Source: OCS116 cluster bacterium AG-390-I16 (lineage in GTDB: Bacteria > Pseudomonadota > Alphaproteobacteria > MED-G09). Taken from it: a DNA stretch of 64,000 nt. The position numbers and the translations under genes are program-made. Positions 61,684 through 64,000 of this stretch are shown piece after piece; position 1 is the first letter of the stretch, and each line of letters begins with the position of its first letter. The stretch covers positions 1,529 to 65,528 of the forward strand of contig QCGZ01000004.1 in assembly GCA_003279705.1 (NCBI GenBank), read 5' to 3'. Below the pieces are notes generated by a model. The model was not told the origin of the DNA. It ran no database searches and worked only from the letters and a program-made list of their open reading frames with translations.

Positions 61684-62766
61684 TTATTTTTTCCAGGAAG
61701 CTATACTTCCAAGAGAAAGACCAAGAACTTGACTTCTTCTATAATAAAATTGAGTATCAGCCTCCCAAGTAAATCCAATACCTCCATGGGTTTGAATATT
61801 TTCTTGGGCAGCAAAATTGAATGCATCAGTTGCAGCAACCCTTGAGGCTGCAGCAGCAATCTTTAAATCTGAGCCTTTATCATTCAACATCATCGCTCCA
61901 TAGTAACTATTTGACTTAGCCAACTCAATCTTAATATACATATCAGCAAGCTTATGTTTTACAGCTTGATATGATCCAATTTGTCTTCCAAAAGCAAATC
62001 TATCTAAAGCATATTCCTTTGCCATGTTAAGAGATGCCTCAGCCCCACCTATTTGCTCGAAAGAGATTAATACTGCAGCAATATCAAGTATTTGCTGAAC
62101 ATCACTCCATCCATCACCTGATGAATTCATAATTTCACTTGAAGTATTATTAAAAATAATTTCTGCATGATCTCTTGTTTGATCAAGTGTAGATAGTGAC
62201 TTTTTTTCAATTCCTTTCTCAGATAAATCAACAATGGACATCCCGATAGAATCCTTGGTTTTATCCCTAACAATTACCACGCAAATATCTGCATAACTTC
62301 CATCGGGAACAGGCATTTTTGTTCCTGTCAATTTGCCAGAGGAAAAAGTGCATTGAATATTATCAGGATTAGGCTCCATAGCACTTTCAGGCAATGCAAA
62401 AGTTGCAATTATTTCTCCGGAGGCAAGCTTAGGAAGATAATTTTCTTTTTGTTCACTAGTACCAAATAATTTAATAGCTTCGGTTGCTAAATATACTGAG
62501 GATGAAAAAGGTACAGGAGCCGATGCTCTTCCAAGCTCCTCTGCAATAACGCAAAGTTCTAGCGGACTTAATTCAAGGCCTCCATATTCTTCTGGAATAG
62601 TTGTACCTGTTAATCCTAACTCAACAAGTCCCTTCCATACTTTTTCAGAATAAAAGTCATCACCCTCTAAAACCTCTCTAACAACCTCTATGGGACAATT
62701 ATCCGTTAAAAAACGAGATACCTGTTCTTTTAAGAGTTTCTGATCTTCAGAAAAATCAAAGTTCAT
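61684..62766 (-). CDS. Acyl-CoA dehydrogenase (PimD/FadE-like partner subunit); C-terminus probably truncated by a homopolymer frameshift (restored stop at 61650)
   Basis: IPEEYGG, RFAFGRQIGSYQAVKH, QTHGGIGFTWE; lacks the GGTxE catalytic motif. Confidence 0.9.
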   Translation of the reverse strand: MNFDFSEDQKLLKEQVSRFLTDNCPIEVVREVLEGDDFYSEKVWKGLVELGLTGTTIPEEYGGLELSPLELCVIAEELGRASAPVPFSSSVYLATEAIKLFGTSEQKENYLPKLASGEIIATFALPESAMEPNPDNIQCTFSSGKLTGTKMPVPDGSYADICVVIVRDKTKDSIGMSIVDLSEKGIEKKSLSTLDQTRDHAEIIFNNTSSEIMNSSGDGWSDVQQILDIAAVLISFEQIGGAEASLNMAKEYALDRFAFGRQIGSYQAVKHKLADMYIKIELAKSNSYYGAMMLNDKGSDLKIAAAASRVAATDAFNFAAQENIQTHGGIGFTWEADTQFYYRRSQVLGLSLGSIASWKK

Positions 62767-62809
62767 TTTTTCCTCACATAAATACTAAATTATTGATAAT
62801 TTATTATTT

Positions 62810-64000
62810 TTAAAATGTATATTCTTTATACATATTTACAACTTTTTTATCCCAATTATTTAAAAACTTTTCAATTAATTCATCACTAGGACTTTTTCCA
62901 TTTTTTAAAAAATTATCTAAAGGCTTCAGATAAATATCCTCACTATTTGAGTTATCATTTAAAATATTCCTTCTCTTCAATCCTTCTCTTGAAATTTCTA
63001 AAACTTTTCTTGATAAATTTAAAATATCAATTCCATTAATTTTTGCATCTAAACCATATTTTGCTGCATTGAATCTCAAGGAGTAAAGAGTTTCCAAATC
63101 CCAATCTTTTATTAAATCATTTGCAATATTTAAAGAAATTTCATCATACAATAATCCAACCCAAAAAGCAGATAATGAGCAAACATTTTGAAAAATTCCT
63201 CCATCTGCACCTCTCATCTCTAAGAAGCTCTTAAGCCTTACTTCAGGAAAAATTGTTGTTAAATGATTCTCCCAATCAAGATATGTTGGTTTTCCTTTTA
63301 CTTCATTTAGATTTCCTTCTAAAAAAGTATTAAAAGATTTTCCTGCTACATCAATATACTCTCCATCCCTATATACAAAATACATTGGAACGTTTAATGC
63401 ATAATCAATATATTGCTCATACCCCATGCTACTTTCCAAAACAAAAGGTAAGAAACCAGTCCTATCGGGGTCAGTATCTGTCCAAATCTCGCTACGATAA
63501 GATTTAAAACCATTAAGACCACCATCAATAAATGGGGAATTTGAAAAAATAGCTGTAGCTATTGGTTGAAGAGCCATAGATACTCTAAATTTTTTAACCA
63601 TGTCAGATTCACTAGAATAGTCTAAATTAACCTGGATTGTTGAAGATCTAAACATCATATTATGTCCAAGATTTCCTCTTCTTGGCATATAGTCTCTCAT
63701 AATTTTATAACGTTTTTTTGGTATCACGGGCATTTCCTTTAAAGACCAATCAGGAGTTAAACCTGCCCCAAGAAATCCAATGCCTAATTGACTACCAATC
63801 TCATCAACCTGTTGTTTATGTTCAGATAATTCATCAAAGGTTTCGTGAAGATTACTTAATGGCGCTCCAGATAATTCAATTTGACCAGCTGGCTCAAGAG
63901 TGATCGTTCCACCACCAATTTTTTTTGATCTTTTTAGGCCAATAGTTCTTTTATCTTCAAGTATGCTCTCCCACCCGAATTTTTTTAAAGACAAAAGTAA
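62810..64000 (-). CDS. gshA: Glutamate--cysteine ligase (GCS2, alphaproteobacterial/plant type), 5' end outside the window
   Basis: TLEPAGQIELSGAP, PKKRY, QVNLD, NSPF, HLTTIFPEVRLK, EMRGAD. The frame is open to the window edge. Confidence 0.94.
   Translation of the reverse strand, partial: LLLSLKKFGWESILEDKRTIGLKRSKKIGGGTITLEPAGQIELSGAPLSNLHETFDELSEHKQQVDEIGSQLGIGFLGAGLTPDWSLKEMPVIPKKRYKIMRDYMPRRGNLGHNMMFRSSTIQVNLDYSSESDMVKKFRVSMALQPIATAIFSNSPFIDGGLNGFKSYRSEIWTDTDPDRTGFLPFVLESSMGYEQYIDYALNVPMYFVYRDGEYIDVAGKSFNTFLEGNLNEVKGKPTYLDWENHLTTIFPEVRLKSFLEMRGADGGIFQNVCSLSAFWVGLLYDEISLNIANDLIKDWDLETLYSLRFNAAKYGLDAKINGIDILNLSRKVLEISREGLKRRNILNDNSNSEDIYLKPLDNFLKNGKSPSDELIEKFLNNWDKKVVNMYKEYTF

Overview
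AT-rich, gene-dense chromosome segment of a streamlined alphaproteobacterium, probably marine. The taxonomy is inferred from the permuted two-piece tmRNA and the conserved thyA-folA-hflKC-degP-miaA-ilvIHC and dcw-lpxC-bamD-ligA gene orders. Most of the window is core genes: branched-chain amino acid synthesis, ssrA, fumC, uvrD, ligA, a complete mraZ-ftsZ division/cell-wall cluster, rnpB, dusA and gshA. There are two accessory zones. At 1-8.2 kb is an oxidative catabolic cluster (steroid 5-alpha-reductase-like gene, NmrA, SDR, cytochrome P450, two secreted PQQ dehydrogenases, one carrying an apparently exact in-frame 1104-bp tandem duplication). At 56-63 kb are a TonB-dependent receptor with a Tat-exported PhoD behind Pho-box-like repeats, and an acyl-CoA dehydrogenase pair. 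No phage, IS, CRISPR, rRNA or tRNA was seen. The best leads are: a DUF1015 (ParB/Srx-like motif) gene in the slot normally held by serB; a tmRNA tag lacking the usual ANDN motif with no sspB next to it; an unannotated 35-codon Leu-rich leader peptide upstream of leuA; the PQQ-propeller duplication; and a divergent FtsZ. Two single-base homopolymer frameshifts (ddl, acyl-CoA dehydrogenase) suggest some sequencing or assembly error. Family and synteny statements come from my recall of these families, not from searches.
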